The notes below the pieces were generated by a model. It was not told where the DNA came from. It saw only the letters and a program-made list of their open reading frames with translations, and searched no databases. From Clostridia bacterium (lineage in GTDB: Bacteria > Bacillota > Clostridia > Christensenellales > CAG-138): DNA of 64,000 nt. The stretch lies in the NCBI GenBank assembly GCA_017428025.1, contig JAFRRO010000066.1, positions 2,853 to 66,852 of the forward strand, in the 5' to 3' direction. This document shows, piece by piece, positions 7,371 through 16,853 of the stretch (positions within the stretch are counted from its first letter, which is position 1; each line of letters starts with the position of its first letter). The position numbers were made by a program, and so were the translations under genes.

Positions 7371-7877
7371 ATGGAACAGGAACGGTCGCAAATCGTGTAT
7401 TCGGAACGCAACGCGCCCAAGCGTGCCATCGTGCGCTCGGACGGTGCGCTGTATGTGTTGCTGCTGCTCTTTGTCTTCGGGGCGATCGCACTGTCGCATG
7501 TGCTGGCAAAGCGGTTCGGCATCAACCGGCTGTATGTGCAGCTCGGGCTCTATGCCATTCTGCTGATTGTCGGCTATGTGATCTACCGGCTGCGGCTCAT
7601 CGATTATCTCTATGATCTGACGGAAAACGAACTGATCGTCACGCAGGCGGTCGGCAGCAAGCAAAAGCGGCTTGCGGCTGTGCCGTTCGATGCGATCGAG
7701 GAGATCGGCGCGTACCGTGAAACCGACGCGAAGCCCGCGCCCTGCACGTATCGCGGCAATAAGGCGCAGACGACTGCCGTGTGGTACACGGAGGCGGGGC
7801 AGAAACATGTGCTGCTGCTCAATGCGTCCGATGCGCTGAAAGAAAAACTGACGGAGGCGATCCATGCGCAGCACTGA
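7371..7877 (+). CDS. Hypothetical membrane protein (two TM helices plus a soluble C-terminal domain)
   Basis: ORF overlapping the holB start by 14 nt. The ORF-track start at 7332 would include the promoter, so the ATG at 7371 (MEQERSQ...) is preferred. Confidence 0.55.
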   Translation: MEQERSQIVYSERNAPKRAIVRSDGALYVLLLLFVFGAIALSHVLAKRFGINRLYVQLGLYAILLIVGYVIYRLRLIDYLYDLTENELIVTQAVGSKQKRLAAVPFDAIEEIGAYRETDAKPAPCTYRGNKAQTTAVWYTEAGQKHVLLLNASDALKEKLTEAIHAQH

Positions 7878-8796
7878 CTGGTTGAACCGCATAGCGCAGG
7901 GCGACGTGCCGCATGCGATCCTGTTTGCCGGTCCGAAGGAGAGCGGTCAGCTTGCGCTTGCGCGGCGTGCGGCTGCGCGGTATCTGCTGCAGACGGACAA
8001 CACCGACGGGCTTTGGGATTCGCCGTTCTATATCGAACCGGCGGACCGTTCGATCGACGCGGTCCGCGACGCGCTGGCTCTGGTCAACGCCGAGGCGTTC
8101 GGACGCGGGCGGCGCTGCATTCTGTTTGCCGACGCGCATGAGATGAGCGAAGCGTCGCAGGATGTGCTTTTGAAGACGCTGGAAGAACCGCCGGCGGACA
8201 CGCTGCTGCTGCTGACCGGAACGGAATCGGGACTGCGTCCGACGATCCTGTCGCGCTGTATGGTTCTGCGCGCCGAGAGCGAACCGTGGGAAGCGATCTG
8301 TAAACGCCTTGTGAGCCGCGGCGTCGCGCCGGACCTTGCGGAATGCGCGGCAAAGCTTTCGGACGGGATCGAGGGACGCGCGGAAGCATTTCTGGAACCG
8401 GACCGTCTGGCCTTCCGCACCGCTGCGATCGAATGTATCGGCAGGCTGACGCATCGCGCAAAGCCGTATGCGGCGCTGTCTGCGCTGTGCACGGACACGG
8501 TCGAGGAGGAAGGCGAGGACGGCGCTTCGAAGAAGGGCAAGAAGGTCAGCGCGGAGCGGCTCAACGCGTTTCTGGACATTCTGCTGTCGATCCTGCTGGA
8601 CGTGCTGCGGCAGAAGAACGGCGTTACGGAGATTCGCAACACGGATTGCGCGGCGCTGGAAAAGAATTTTGCAGCAGCCTTTACAATTTCGCAAATTCAA
8701 GGTATGATACAGATTGCGGCGGACGCAAAGGAGATGCTTCTGTACAAGGCAAGTCCCGCGCTGACCGCGGACTGGATTCTTGCAAAGTTACCGTAA
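7864..8796 (+). CDS. holB: DNA polymerase III subunit delta prime
   Basis: HAILFAGPKESG, QDVLLKTLEEPP and TILSRC motifs are present. The gene is followed by ricT/yaaT, as in Bacillus. Confidence 0.85.
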   Translation: MRSTDWLNRIAQGDVPHAILFAGPKESGQLALARRAAARYLLQTDNTDGLWDSPFYIEPADRSIDAVRDALALVNAEAFGRGRRCILFADAHEMSEASQDVLLKTLEEPPADTLLLLTGTESGLRPTILSRCMVLRAESEPWEAICKRLVSRGVAPDLAECAAKLSDGIEGRAEAFLEPDRLAFRTAAIECIGRLTHRAKPYAALSALCTDTVEEEGEDGASKKGKKVSAERLNAFLDILLSILLDVLRQKNGVTEIRNTDCAALEKNFAAAFTISQIQGMIQIAADAKEMLLYKASPALTADWILAKLP

Positions 8797-8805
8797 GGGG
8801 AACAT

Positions 8806-10041
8806 ATGGTTAAAGTTATCGGAGTGAAATTCAAAACGAGCGGACGGGTATATTACTTCGATCCGCTGGATCTCAACATCAAGACCGGAGACGGTGTGAT
8901 CGTTGAAACGGCGCGCGGACTGGAATTCGGCGACGTCACGTGCGCGCCGAAAGAGGTGGAGGAGAGCGAGATCGTTGCGCCTCTGAAGCCGGTCGTTCGC
9001 ATTGCGACGGACGAGGACCGGCGCCTGCGCGCGCAGTACGCGGCAAAGGAAAGCGAAGCGTTTGAGATCTGTCTCGAAAAGATCGCGGCGCACCAGCTCG
9101 ACATGAAGCTTGTGGACGTGGAATACACGTTCAACGGCAGCAAGGTGGTCTTTTACTTCACCGCCGACGAGCGCGTGGACTTCCGCGAGCTGGTCAAGGA
9201 CCTTGCGTATTCGCTGAAAACGCGCATCGAACTGCGGCAGATCGGCGTGCGCGACGAGGCAAAGATGCTCGGCGGTATCGGTCCGTGCGGACGTCTGGTG
9301 TGCTGCAAAGCGTTCCTCGACGATTTCCGTCCCGTGTCGATCAAGATGGCGAAGGAGCAGAACCTTTCATTGAGCCCGACGAAGATTTCCGGACTCTGCG
9401 GGAGGCTAATGTGCTGCCTGCAGTATGAGCAGAGCGCGTACGAAGCGATCCGCAGCCGGATGCCGAAGCCCGGCAAAGAGGTCAATACGGTCGACGGTCC
9501 CGGCATCGTGGTCGAGAACAATGCGATCACCGAGCGCACCAAGGTCAAGCTGACGATGGAGGACGGCTCGATCGACATCCGCGAGTATCCGTATACGCAT
9601 CTGTCCGCGCCGGGCGAACCGCTGCCGGACGAGGCGATCGCCGCAAAGAAGGCGGAAGCGGCGAAGGAGAAGGACTCGAACGCGCAGTTCCGCAGGGAAG
9701 CGGCAAACAACACCCGCCGCAACCAGAGACCTGCCGCGAAGCCGCAGAACACGCAGAAGCAGCAGGACAAGTCGGAACCGCAAAAGAAGCAGGATAAGCC
9801 GGAACAGCAGAAGAAGCAGGACAGGCCGGAGCAGCAGAAAAAGCAGGATAAGCCGGAGTCGCAGAAGAACGACAATCGCGAGCAGAAGAAGCAGAACGCG
9901 CCGCAGAAACCCGTTGAAAAGACGGACCGCGCGCCTGCCGCGGAGGAAGGGAAGCCCGAACAAAAGAAGAATAACAACCGCCGCCGTTCCAGACGGCGCA
10001 AGCCGAATCGTGCTCCGAACGCACCGGAGCAGAACAACTGA
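8806..10041 (+). CDS. ricT: PSP1-domain protein RicT/YaaT with a long K/Q/E/P-rich C-terminal tail
   Basis: N-terminus VIGVKFKTSGRVYYFDP..., PSP1 Cys motifs GPCGRLVCC and CGRLMCCLQYE, and conserved position after holB. Confidence 0.85.
   Translation: MVKVIGVKFKTSGRVYYFDPLDLNIKTGDGVIVETARGLEFGDVTCAPKEVEESEIVAPLKPVVRIATDEDRRLRAQYAAKESEAFEICLEKIAAHQLDMKLVDVEYTFNGSKVVFYFTADERVDFRELVKDLAYSLKTRIELRQIGVRDEAKMLGGIGPCGRLVCCKAFLDDFRPVSIKMAKEQNLSLSPTKISGLCGRLMCCLQYEQSAYEAIRSRMPKPGKEVNTVDGPGIVVENNAITERTKVKLTMEDGSIDIREYPYTHLSAPGEPLPDEAIAAKKAEAAKEKDSNAQFRREAANNTRRNQRPAAKPQNTQKQQDKSEPQKKQDKPEQQKKQDRPEQQKKQDKPESQKNDNREQKKQNAPQKPVEKTDRAPAAEEGKPEQKKNNNRRRSRRRKPNRAPNAPEQNN
9757..9864 (+). repeat. Four tandem 27-nt coding repeats (K-K-Q-D-K-P-E-Q-Q units)
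   Basis: Units at 9757-9783, 9784-9810, 9811-9837 and 9838-9864, based on AAGAAGCAGGATAAGCCGGAACAGCAG and its variants. Confidence 0.8.
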
Positions 10042-10093
10042 GTGTTTCGGCTCCCGCAGAGGGAGCCGTTTTTGAGGGGAAAGGGTAAGAGAC

Positions 10094-11038
10094 ATGTGGT
10101 TTTTACTGTCAATCGTTGCGCTGCTCTGCTGGAGCGGCTCGGATCTGTTTTCCAAGATCGGATCGAAGCAGAAGGATAAGCTGAGCCATTGGAAGATGGC
10201 GATGGCGGTCGGTCTCGTCATGGGTCTGCATGCGGCATACGAACTGCTGTTCGGCGGCATCACAATCACCTGGCAGGACATCTGGACGTACATGCCCGCG
10301 AGCGCGCTGTATGTGCTGTCGATGATCCTCGGATACGTCGGACTGCGCTATATCGAGCTGTCGGTCTCGTCGCCGATCTGCAATTCGTCCGGCGCGATCG
10401 CCGCGATCCTGTGCTTCATCTTTTTGCAGGAAATGCCGAACACGTGGCAGTGGATCGGCGTTGCGTGTGTCGCGGTCGGCGTCGTGGCGCTCGGCGCTGC
10501 GGAACTGACCGAGAGCGACTATGCGCGCGAGATGCGTCAGCGCAACAGCAAGGTCAAGTACGACAAGAGCTGGATCGCGCTGCTGTTCCCGATCCTGTAC
10601 TGCCTGATCGATGCTTCCGGCACGTTCGTCGATTCCGTGCTGCTGCGCGAAGAAGCGACCGGGACGTTCCTCGACACCGTCTTTCCGCGCGTGCTCGAGG
10701 AGGGCGTTGCGAACGTCGCGTATGAGCTGACCTGGCTTGCGGTCGGCGTCGTTGCGGCGGTCTATGTACTTGCGATCAAGCGCGATCGTCTGCATGTCAA
10801 AGACGACGGCGCCAAGCTGATCGGCGGCGTCTTTGAGACCGCCGGACAGTTCGCATATATCTATGCGCTCGGCGATACGGCGCACACCGGCTTCGCCGCG
10901 GCGATCATCTCCGCCTACTGCGCGGTGTCCGTACTCTGGAGCCGCATCTTCCTCAAGGAAAAGCTTTCGTGGAAGCACTATGCTTCGATCTCGCTTGCCG
11001 TGATCGGCATCGTGATCCTCGGCGTTTTCGACGCGTAA
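10094..11038 (+). CDS. EamA/DMT-superfamily transporter
   Basis: About 10 TM segments in two EamA-like halves. Length 314 aa. Confidence 0.75.
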   Translation: MWFLLSIVALLCWSGSDLFSKIGSKQKDKLSHWKMAMAVGLVMGLHAAYELLFGGITITWQDIWTYMPASALYVLSMILGYVGLRYIELSVSSPICNSSGAIAAILCFIFLQEMPNTWQWIGVACVAVGVVALGAAELTESDYAREMRQRNSKVKYDKSWIALLFPILYCLIDASGTFVDSVLLREEATGTFLDTVFPRVLEEGVANVAYELTWLAVGVVAAVYVLAIKRDRLHVKDDGAKLIGGVFETAGQFAYIYALGDTAHTGFAAAIISAYCAVSVLWSRIFLKEKLSWKHYASISLAVIGIVILGVFDA

Positions 11039-11045
11039 ACCCAAT

Positions 11046-11069
11046 GCCGCCGTGCTCCGGCGGCTTTTT
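11046..11069 (+). terminator. Rho-independent terminator
   Basis: Stem GCCGCCG / CGGCGGC followed by TTTTT. Confidence 0.75.
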
Positions 11070-11088
11070 GCAATCACAGGAGGTTTGT

Positions 11089-11403
11089 ATGGCATCGAGC
11101 AGAGAATATCTGGAATTCATTTTGGATCAGCTGTCCGAAGCGGAGGACGTTTCGTTTCGTCCGATGATGGGCGAGTTTATCATCTATCACTGCGGCAAAC
11201 CGGTCGGCGGCGTCTATGACGACCGCTTCCTCGTCAAGCCCGTACAGGCGGCGCGCGCGATGCTGCCGGATGCGCAGGAGGAGCTTCCGTACGAGGGCGG
11301 AAAGCCGATGCTGCCGGTCGACAACGTGGACGACAGGGCGTTCCTCGCCTGTCTGCTGGACGCGATCGCGGCGGAACTGCCCGCGCCGAAAAAGAGGAGG
11401 TAA
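11089..11403 (+). CDS. TfoX/Sxy N-terminal-domain family protein
   Basis: Translation MASSREYLEFILDQLSE...FRPMMGEFIIYHCGKPVGGVYDDRFLVK matches the TfoX_N pattern. RBS AGGAGG is present. Confidence 0.7.
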   Translation: MASSREYLEFILDQLSEAEDVSFRPMMGEFIIYHCGKPVGGVYDDRFLVKPVQAARAMLPDAQEELPYEGGKPMLPVDNVDDRAFLACLLDAIAAELPAPKKRR

Positions 11404-11405
11404 GC

Positions 11406-11879
11406 ATGCAGTTCGGGTTCTCGTATGTGGGATTGATCTTTCTTCTCATGCTGTTCGTGCCGAACCTCCTCTGGACGAAGCGGAAGCCAAAGGATTACGA
11501 CCGCTATGTCGTGAACGAGAATAAGGTCCTGCTGGCGCTTGAACGAACCGGCGAGGTCCTTGTGACAGGCGCGGCGCTCCTGTTTTCGAATTTCAACTGG
11601 AAACCGTGGTCTGGCCGGTCGTGGTGGCTGATTGCTGCGTTTCTTTGCATGGTCCTGTACGAGATCTTCTGGATCCGCTACTTTTTGAGCGAGCGAACCA
11701 TGCGCGATTTCTACCGCAGTTTGCTGTTCATCCCGCTTGCCGGGGCGACGCTGCCGGTGATCGCGTTTCTGCTGCTCGCGGTGTACGGCAAAAATCCGGT
11801 ACTCGGCGCGGCTGCCGTCATCCTCGGCGTCGGGCACATCGGCATTCATCTGCAGCACAGAAGGGAGATTGCATCATGA
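11406..11879 (+). CDS. Hypothetical integral membrane protein
   Basis: 157 aa with 4-5 TM segments. Translationally coupled to the neighbouring genes. Confidence 0.55.
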   Translation: MQFGFSYVGLIFLLMLFVPNLLWTKRKPKDYDRYVVNENKVLLALERTGEVLVTGAALLFSNFNWKPWSGRSWWLIAAFLCMVLYEIFWIRYFLSERTMRDFYRSLLFIPLAGATLPVIAFLLLAVYGKNPVLGAAAVILGVGHIGIHLQHRREIAS

Positions 11880-12430
11880 TTCTGGAGACCGAACGGCTGA
11901 TCCTGCGCCGCTGGAACGAGGACGACGCGGCGGATCTGTACCGGTATGCAAGCGATCCGGACGTCGGACCGGTCGCCGGATGGCCGCCGCATCAGAGCGT
12001 TGCCGAAAGCCGCGCGGTCATCGTCGGCGTGTTCTGCGGCGCGGAGGCGTATGCCGTGTGCCTGAAATCCGACAATAAGCCGATCGGCGCGATCGAACTG
12101 AAGCTGAACGGACACACCGACATGACGGATCGCGACGACGAATGCGAGCTCGGCTACTGGCTCGGCAAGCCGTTCTGGGGACGGGGCATCATGCCGGAGG
12201 CTGTCCGTGAAATGCTGCGGCACGCGTTCTGCGATCTCGGGATGCAGAAGGTCTGGTGCGGCTACTATGACGGAAACGACAAATCGAAGCGCGTACAGGA
12301 GAAATGCGGGTTCCGCTATCAATGGACGACGTACGGGCTCGATGTGCCGCTGATGAACGAGAAACGGACGGGGCACGTCAACTGCATCACCGTCGGACAA
12401 TGGCGGGCGGAGCGGGAAAAAATATATTGA
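11876..12430 (+). CDS. GNAT-family N-acetyltransferase (RimJ/RimL-like)
   Basis: Translation MILETERLILRRWNEDDAADLYRYASDP... with WGRGIMPEA in the acetyl-CoA motif region. ATGA overlap with the preceding gene. Confidence 0.8.
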   Translation: MILETERLILRRWNEDDAADLYRYASDPDVGPVAGWPPHQSVAESRAVIVGVFCGAEAYAVCLKSDNKPIGAIELKLNGHTDMTDRDDECELGYWLGKPFWGRGIMPEAVREMLRHAFCDLGMQKVWCGYYDGNDKSKRVQEKCGFRYQWTTYGLDVPLMNEKRTGHVNCITVGQWRAEREKIY

Positions 12431-12449
12431 TTTTTCCGCGGCGTTTCGG

Positions 12450-12478
12450 TTGCTTTTCCTGTCCGGATGGGCTACAAT
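12450..12478 (+). promoter_or_regulatory. Putative sigma-A promoter of serC-serA
   Basis: TTGCTT, 17 nt, then TACAAT. Confidence 0.5.
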
Positions 12479-12526
12479 GATAACGTAAAAATATGGCTTT
12501 TGCCAAAAAGAAAAAGGAGTATGCAA

Positions 12527-13615
12527 ATGAAGTACGATCGCGTTTACAATTTCTCCGCAGGTCCCGCCACGATGCCCGTTGAGGTGCTCGAAGAGATCCG
12601 GGACGAAATGCTGAACTATCACGGCAGCGGCATGTGCGTCATGGAAATGTCGCACCGCAGCAAGGTCTTCCAGCAGATCATCGACGAGGCGGAAGCGGAC
12701 CTCCGTACGCTGATGGGCATTCCGGACAACTACAAGGTTCTGTTCATCCAGGGCGGCGCAACGCTCGAGTTCGCCATGATCCCGATCAACCTCTGCAAGA
12801 ACGGCGTGTTCGACTACATTGTCACCGGTAACTGGTCCAAGAAGGCGGCGACCGAAGCCAAGAAGTACGGCAAGGTCAACGTCATCGCGTCCAGCGAGGA
12901 CAAGAACTACAGCTACATTCCGGACTGCTCCGATCTCCCGATCGACGACGATGCGGACTATGTCTACATCTGTGAGAACGAAACGATCCACGGCACGACC
13001 TATCCGGTCCTGCCGAACACCAAGGGCAAGATCCTCGTTTCCGACCAGAGCTCGATGTTCCTTTCGAAGCCCTGCAACGTATCCGACTACGGCCTCATCT
13101 ACGGCGGCGTGCAGAAGAACGTCGGTCCCGCGGGCCTCGCGATCGTCATCATCCGCGAAGACCTCATCCGTGAGGACATCGATCCCAAGACGCCGGTGTA
13201 TCTGCGCTTCGACACGCATGCGAACAACGGCTCCATGTACAACACGCCGAACTGCTGGGCGATCTACGTCTGCGGCAAGGTCTTCAAGTACCTCTTAAAG
13301 ACCGGCGGTCTCGAGGCAATGGCAAAGCGCAACGAGGAGAAGGCGAAGGTCATGTATGACTTCCTCGATTCCTCCAAGATGTTCAAGGGCACCGTCGAGA
13401 AGAAGGACCGTTCTCTGATGAACATTCCGTTCGTCACCGGCGACAAGGAGAAGGACGCGGCGGTTGTTGCGGCGACCAAGGCGGCGGGCTTCGACAACCT
13501 CAAAGGTCACAAGAGCGTCGGCGGTCTTCGCGCATCCATCTACAACGCCATGCCGAAAGAGGGCGTGGAAGCGCTGGTTGAATTCCTCAAAAAGTATGAA
13601 GCGGAAAACGCATAA
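12527..13615 (+). CDS. serC: 3-phosphoserine/phosphohydroxythreonine aminotransferase
   Basis: YNFSAGPATMP N-terminus, full-length class-V aminotransferase, and serA downstream. The ATG at 12527 has GGAG 7 nt upstream. Confidence 0.9.
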   Translation: MKYDRVYNFSAGPATMPVEVLEEIRDEMLNYHGSGMCVMEMSHRSKVFQQIIDEAEADLRTLMGIPDNYKVLFIQGGATLEFAMIPINLCKNGVFDYIVTGNWSKKAATEAKKYGKVNVIASSEDKNYSYIPDCSDLPIDDDADYVYICENETIHGTTYPVLPNTKGKILVSDQSSMFLSKPCNVSDYGLIYGGVQKNVGPAGLAIVIIREDLIREDIDPKTPVYLRFDTHANNGSMYNTPNCWAIYVCGKVFKYLLKTGGLEAMAKRNEEKAKVMYDFLDSSKMFKGTVEKKDRSLMNIPFVTGDKEKDAAVVAATKAAGFDNLKGHKSVGGLRASIYNAMPKEGVEALVEFLKKYEAENA

Positions 13616-13626
13616 GGAGAAATACT

Positions 13627-14547
13627 ATGATTCGCATTTTAGCATCTGACGGTATGGACAAGAGCGCGATCGCCGCGCTCGAAGCAAAGGGCTGCGAGGT
13701 CGTTTCCCAGTTCTATGAGCCGGAAGACCTCAAGAAGGAGCTTGCAAACTACGACGTCATCGTCGTCCGTTCGGCAACCAAGGTTCGCGAGCCGATCATC
13801 GATGCGGCGGTCGAAGCCGGTCGTCTCAAGATGATCATTCGCGGCGGCGTCGGCGTCGACAACATCGACGTCAAGTATGCGGAGAGCAAGGGCCTGATCG
13901 TGAAGAACACGCCGCGCGCTTCCTCCCAGTCGGTTGCGGAGCTCGCCATGGGCCATATGTTCGCATGCGCGCGCTTCCTCTCGATCGCGGGCTACACCAT
14001 GCGCAACGACAAGTGGGAAAAGAAAGCCTACGCAAAGGGCATCGAGCTGCAGGGCAAGACGCTCGGTATCGTCGGTTTCGGCCGCATCGGTCAGGCGCTC
14101 GGCAAGATGGCGAAGGCGATCGGCATGAAGGTCATCGCGTATGATATCTTCCACATCCCGGGCATCGAAGAAGAACTCGGCATCCCGTACGTCGAGATGG
14201 ACGAGCTGCTCGGCATGTCGGACTTCGTCAGTGTCCATGCGCCGGCAGTCGACGGCGGTGCGCTGATCAATGCGGAAACGATCGCGAAGATGAAGGACGG
14301 CGTCGTCATCATCAACACGAGCCGCGGCACGAACGTCGACGAGGATGCGCTCCTTGCGGCGCTCGAATCCGGCAAGGTCCGCGCAGCAGGTCTGGACGTC
14401 TGGGCGGTCGAGCCGGCGAACAACCATGCGCTGTACAGCCATCCGATGGTCTCCTGCACGCCGCACATCGGCGCAACGACCGTCGAAGCGCAGAAGCGTA
14501 TCGGCGCCGAGATCGTCGACCTCATCAGCAAGCAGTTCAATCTGTAA
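13627..14547 (+). CDS. serA: D-3-phosphoglycerate dehydrogenase (short form) / D-2-hydroxyacid dehydrogenase
   Basis: NAD-binding motif GIVGFGRIG, catalytic region with HIGATT, and adjacency to serC. Confidence 0.8.
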   Translation: MIRILASDGMDKSAIAALEAKGCEVVSQFYEPEDLKKELANYDVIVVRSATKVREPIIDAAVEAGRLKMIIRGGVGVDNIDVKYAESKGLIVKNTPRASSQSVAELAMGHMFACARFLSIAGYTMRNDKWEKKAYAKGIELQGKTLGIVGFGRIGQALGKMAKAIGMKVIAYDIFHIPGIEEELGIPYVEMDELLGMSDFVSVHAPAVDGGALINAETIAKMKDGVVIINTSRGTNVDEDALLAALESGKVRAAGLDVWAVEPANNHALYSHPMVSCTPHIGATTVEAQKRIGAEIVDLISKQFNL

Positions 14548-14557
14548 GCAGCAAACA

Positions 14558-14591
14558 CAAAACCGCTTTGCTTCGGCAAGGCGGTTTTTTT
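14558..14591 (+). terminator. Rho-independent terminator
   Basis: Stem ACCGCTTTGC / GCAAGGCGGT with loop TTCG, followed by T7. Confidence 0.8.
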
Positions 14592-14600
14592 ATTTTCCTC

Positions 14601-14631
14601 TTGACTCTGACGCAACGTCATAGTTTATAAT
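14601..14631 (+). promoter_or_regulatory. MerR-type promoter with a 19-bp spacer containing a dyad
   Basis: TTGACT (14601-14606), 19 nt, then TATAAT (14626-14631). The spacer contains TGACG-CAA-CGTCA (14608-14620). Confidence 0.7.
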
Positions 14632-14656
14632 GAACTTGCGAGAGGAGATGAGGAAT

Positions 14657-15379
14657 ATGATGACCGTGCACGAGGTCAGCAAGAGAACCGGCGTTTCGAT
14701 CCGTGCGCTGCAGTATTACGACCGGATCGGGCTGCTGCCGCCGACGGCGGTGACGGAGGCGGGATACCGGCTCTATGACGACGCGGCGCTTCTGACGCTG
14801 CAGCAGATTCTTCTGTTCCGGGAACTGGAGTTTCCGCTCGGCGATATCAAGCGCATTCTGAACGATCCGAATTTCGACCGGGACCGCGCGCTTGAACAGC
14901 AGATAGAACTATTGAAGCTCAAGCGCGAGCGGCTTGACCGGATCATTGACCTCGCACAGCAACAGAAAGACAAAGGAGGGGATCTCATGGATTTTTCGGC
15001 ATTCAATTCCGAACAGATCGAGCGCTATGCAAAGGAAGCAAAGGCGCAATGGGGCGAAACGAAGGAATACCGCGAATTTGAACAGAAGAATCTGACAAAG
15101 GAACAGCAGCAGTCCGCGGGCGCGGGGCTGATGGAGCTGTTTCGCACGTTCGCGGCGCTCAAGGACGGCGCGCCGGACGCACCGGAAGCGCAGGCGGCGG
15201 TGCAAACCCTGCAGGCGTATATCACCGCGCATTTCTATCACTGCTCGAACGAAGTGCTTTCGGGACTCGGGCAGATGTACAGCGCGGGCGGCGAATTCAC
15301 CGAGAACATCGACGCCTATGCGGGCGCAGGCACCGCGGCGTTCGCGGCAAAGGCGATCGCGGCGTACTGCAAACGCTGA
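14657..15379 (+). CDS. MerR-family transcriptional regulator with a TipAS-like C-terminal domain
   Basis: HTH region MTVHEVSKRTGVSIRALQYYDRIGLL, a coiled-coil linker, and a TipAS-like C-terminus. The start was moved downstream of the -10 (the ORF-track start at 14630 overlaps TATAAT). Confidence 0.8.
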   Translation: MMTVHEVSKRTGVSIRALQYYDRIGLLPPTAVTEAGYRLYDDAALLTLQQILLFRELEFPLGDIKRILNDPNFDRDRALEQQIELLKLKRERLDRIIDLAQQQKDKGGDLMDFSAFNSEQIERYAKEAKAQWGETKEYREFEQKNLTKEQQQSAGAGLMELFRTFAALKDGAPDAPEAQAAVQTLQAYITAHFYHCSNEVLSGLGQMYSAGGEFTENIDAYAGAGTAAFAAKAIAAYCKR

Positions 15380-15384
15380 ACACA

Positions 15385-15428
15385 AAGAAAACGCCCCGCG
15401 GAACGTACCGCGGGGCTGATTCTTTTTT
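15385..15428. terminator. Bidirectional terminator between convergent genes
   Basis: Stem GCCCCGCGG / CCGCGGGGC with a 6-nt loop, flanked by an A-tract and a T-tract. Confidence 0.8.
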
Positions 15429-15430
15429 GG

Positions 15431-16666
15431 TTATCGGATCCGGCCGCTTGCTTCGAGCGCCGCAAGATCCGGCTCGCACAGGAACGGTTCGCCCGCGGCT
15501 TTGAGCGCGTTGTTGACGTCCTTGAGACCGCTGCCGGTCGAAATGACGGTTACGGTTTCGTCGGGACGGATCAGGCCCTCCTTGACGGCGCGCACCACGC
15601 CTGCAGTGGCGGTCACGCCCGCGGGCTCGCCGAATACGCCCTCGGAACGTCCCAAGAGCCGCATCGCGGCAAGAATTTCGTCGTCGGTGACGGCGATCCA
15701 GCGTCCGCCGCTGTTCTTGACCGCGCGCAGCGCCTTCTTCGGGTTTCTCGGCACGCCGACGGCGATGGAGTCGGCCAGCGTGTTTTCGGGCGTCGGCACG
15801 AGATCGCGGTTGTTGTTCGCCGCGTCGACAAACGGGCAGCAGCCGGTGGATTGCACGCCGAGGATCTTCGGGATGCGGTCGATCATGCCGAGTTCATAGA
15901 GATCACGGAAGCCGTTGTACACGCCGCCGATCGTGCAGCCGTCGCCGACGGACACCGCAACCCAGTCGGTCGGTTCCCAACGGAGCTGTTCCGCGATCTC
16001 CAGCGCGACGGTCTTTTTGCCCTCGGTCAGGATCGGATTGATGCCCGCGTTGCGGTTGTAAAAGCCCCATTTTTCGATCGCGGCTTTACTGAGCTCAAAG
16101 GTCTGGCGATAGTCGCCCCTGACCGAAATGACGTTCGCTCCGAAGATCAGAAGCTGCGCAACCTTGCCCTTCGGCGCGCGCTCCGGCACAAAGATCACGG
16201 TTTTCAGCCCCATGCGCGCCGCGTTGCCCGCGCAGGAGCTTGCCGCGTTGCCGGTGGAGGAGCAGCAGATCGTATCATAGCCGAGTTCGATCGCCTTGGC
16301 GACCGCCACGCCGCTTGCGCGGTCTTTCAAGGATGCGGTCGGATTGATGCCGTCGTCCTTGATGTAAAGCTTTTTGAGCCCCAGCTCGTCGCCGAGCCGC
16401 AGACTCTCATACAGCGGCGTCCAGCCGATGCGCAAAAACTTCGAAAGCCCTTCGCCCTTCAGAGGCATCAACGCCTTATAGCGCCACATGCTGTTGTCGC
16501 GATCCGCCTTCAGCGTGTCGCGGTTCAGTTCTTTTTTGACCTCGTCGTAGTCAAACAGAATATCCAGAATGCCCTTTTCGCCGCAGGCGGGGCAGGTCAT
16601 CAGCTCCGGTCCGTAGGGGTATTCCTTGCCGCAGAGGGTGCAGCGATAGCCGTAAACGCGTCTCAT
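15431..16666 (-). CDS. Threonine-synthase-like PLP-dependent enzyme with an N-terminal zinc ribbon
   Basis: CTLCGKEY...CPACG ribbon. The PLP lysine context is TASLKDRASG. Fold-type II (Trp-synthase beta-like) throughout. Confidence 0.7.
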   Translation of the reverse strand: MRRVYGYRCTLCGKEYPYGPELMTCPACGEKGILDILFDYDEVKKELNRDTLKADRDNSMWRYKALMPLKGEGLSKFLRIGWTPLYESLRLGDELGLKKLYIKDDGINPTASLKDRASGVAVAKAIELGYDTICCSSTGNAASSCAGNAARMGLKTVIFVPERAPKGKVAQLLIFGANVISVRGDYRQTFELSKAAIEKWGFYNRNAGINPILTEGKKTVALEIAEQLRWEPTDWVAVSVGDGCTIGGVYNGFRDLYELGMIDRIPKILGVQSTGCCPFVDAANNNRDLVPTPENTLADSIAVGVPRNPKKALRAVKNSGGRWIAVTDDEILAAMRLLGRSEGVFGEPAGVTATAGVVRAVKEGLIRPDETVTVISTGSGLKDVNNALKAAGEPFLCEPDLAALEASGRIR

Positions 16667-16853
16667 ATCTTCGCTCCTTTTCCGATCTTCTTTTTTATTT
16701 TACACCGCGAACCGTCGCTTGGCAAGTCAATCCGACAAAAAGAAAGGACGGCAGAATAAATTTTTGGCAAGTGCAATTAACGGCTTGCCTTTTTGTGCAA
16801 AATCATGTATCATATATTCATAAATATAAATACAATAAGGAGAGTGTGGCTTT

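Noticed and set aside
16764-16790. Possible sigma-54 promoter (TGGCA...) upstream of ssnA.
   Set aside because: TGGCAAGTGCAATT lacks the TTGC element at the required 12-nt offset from the GG. No enhancer-binding protein gene lies nearby.
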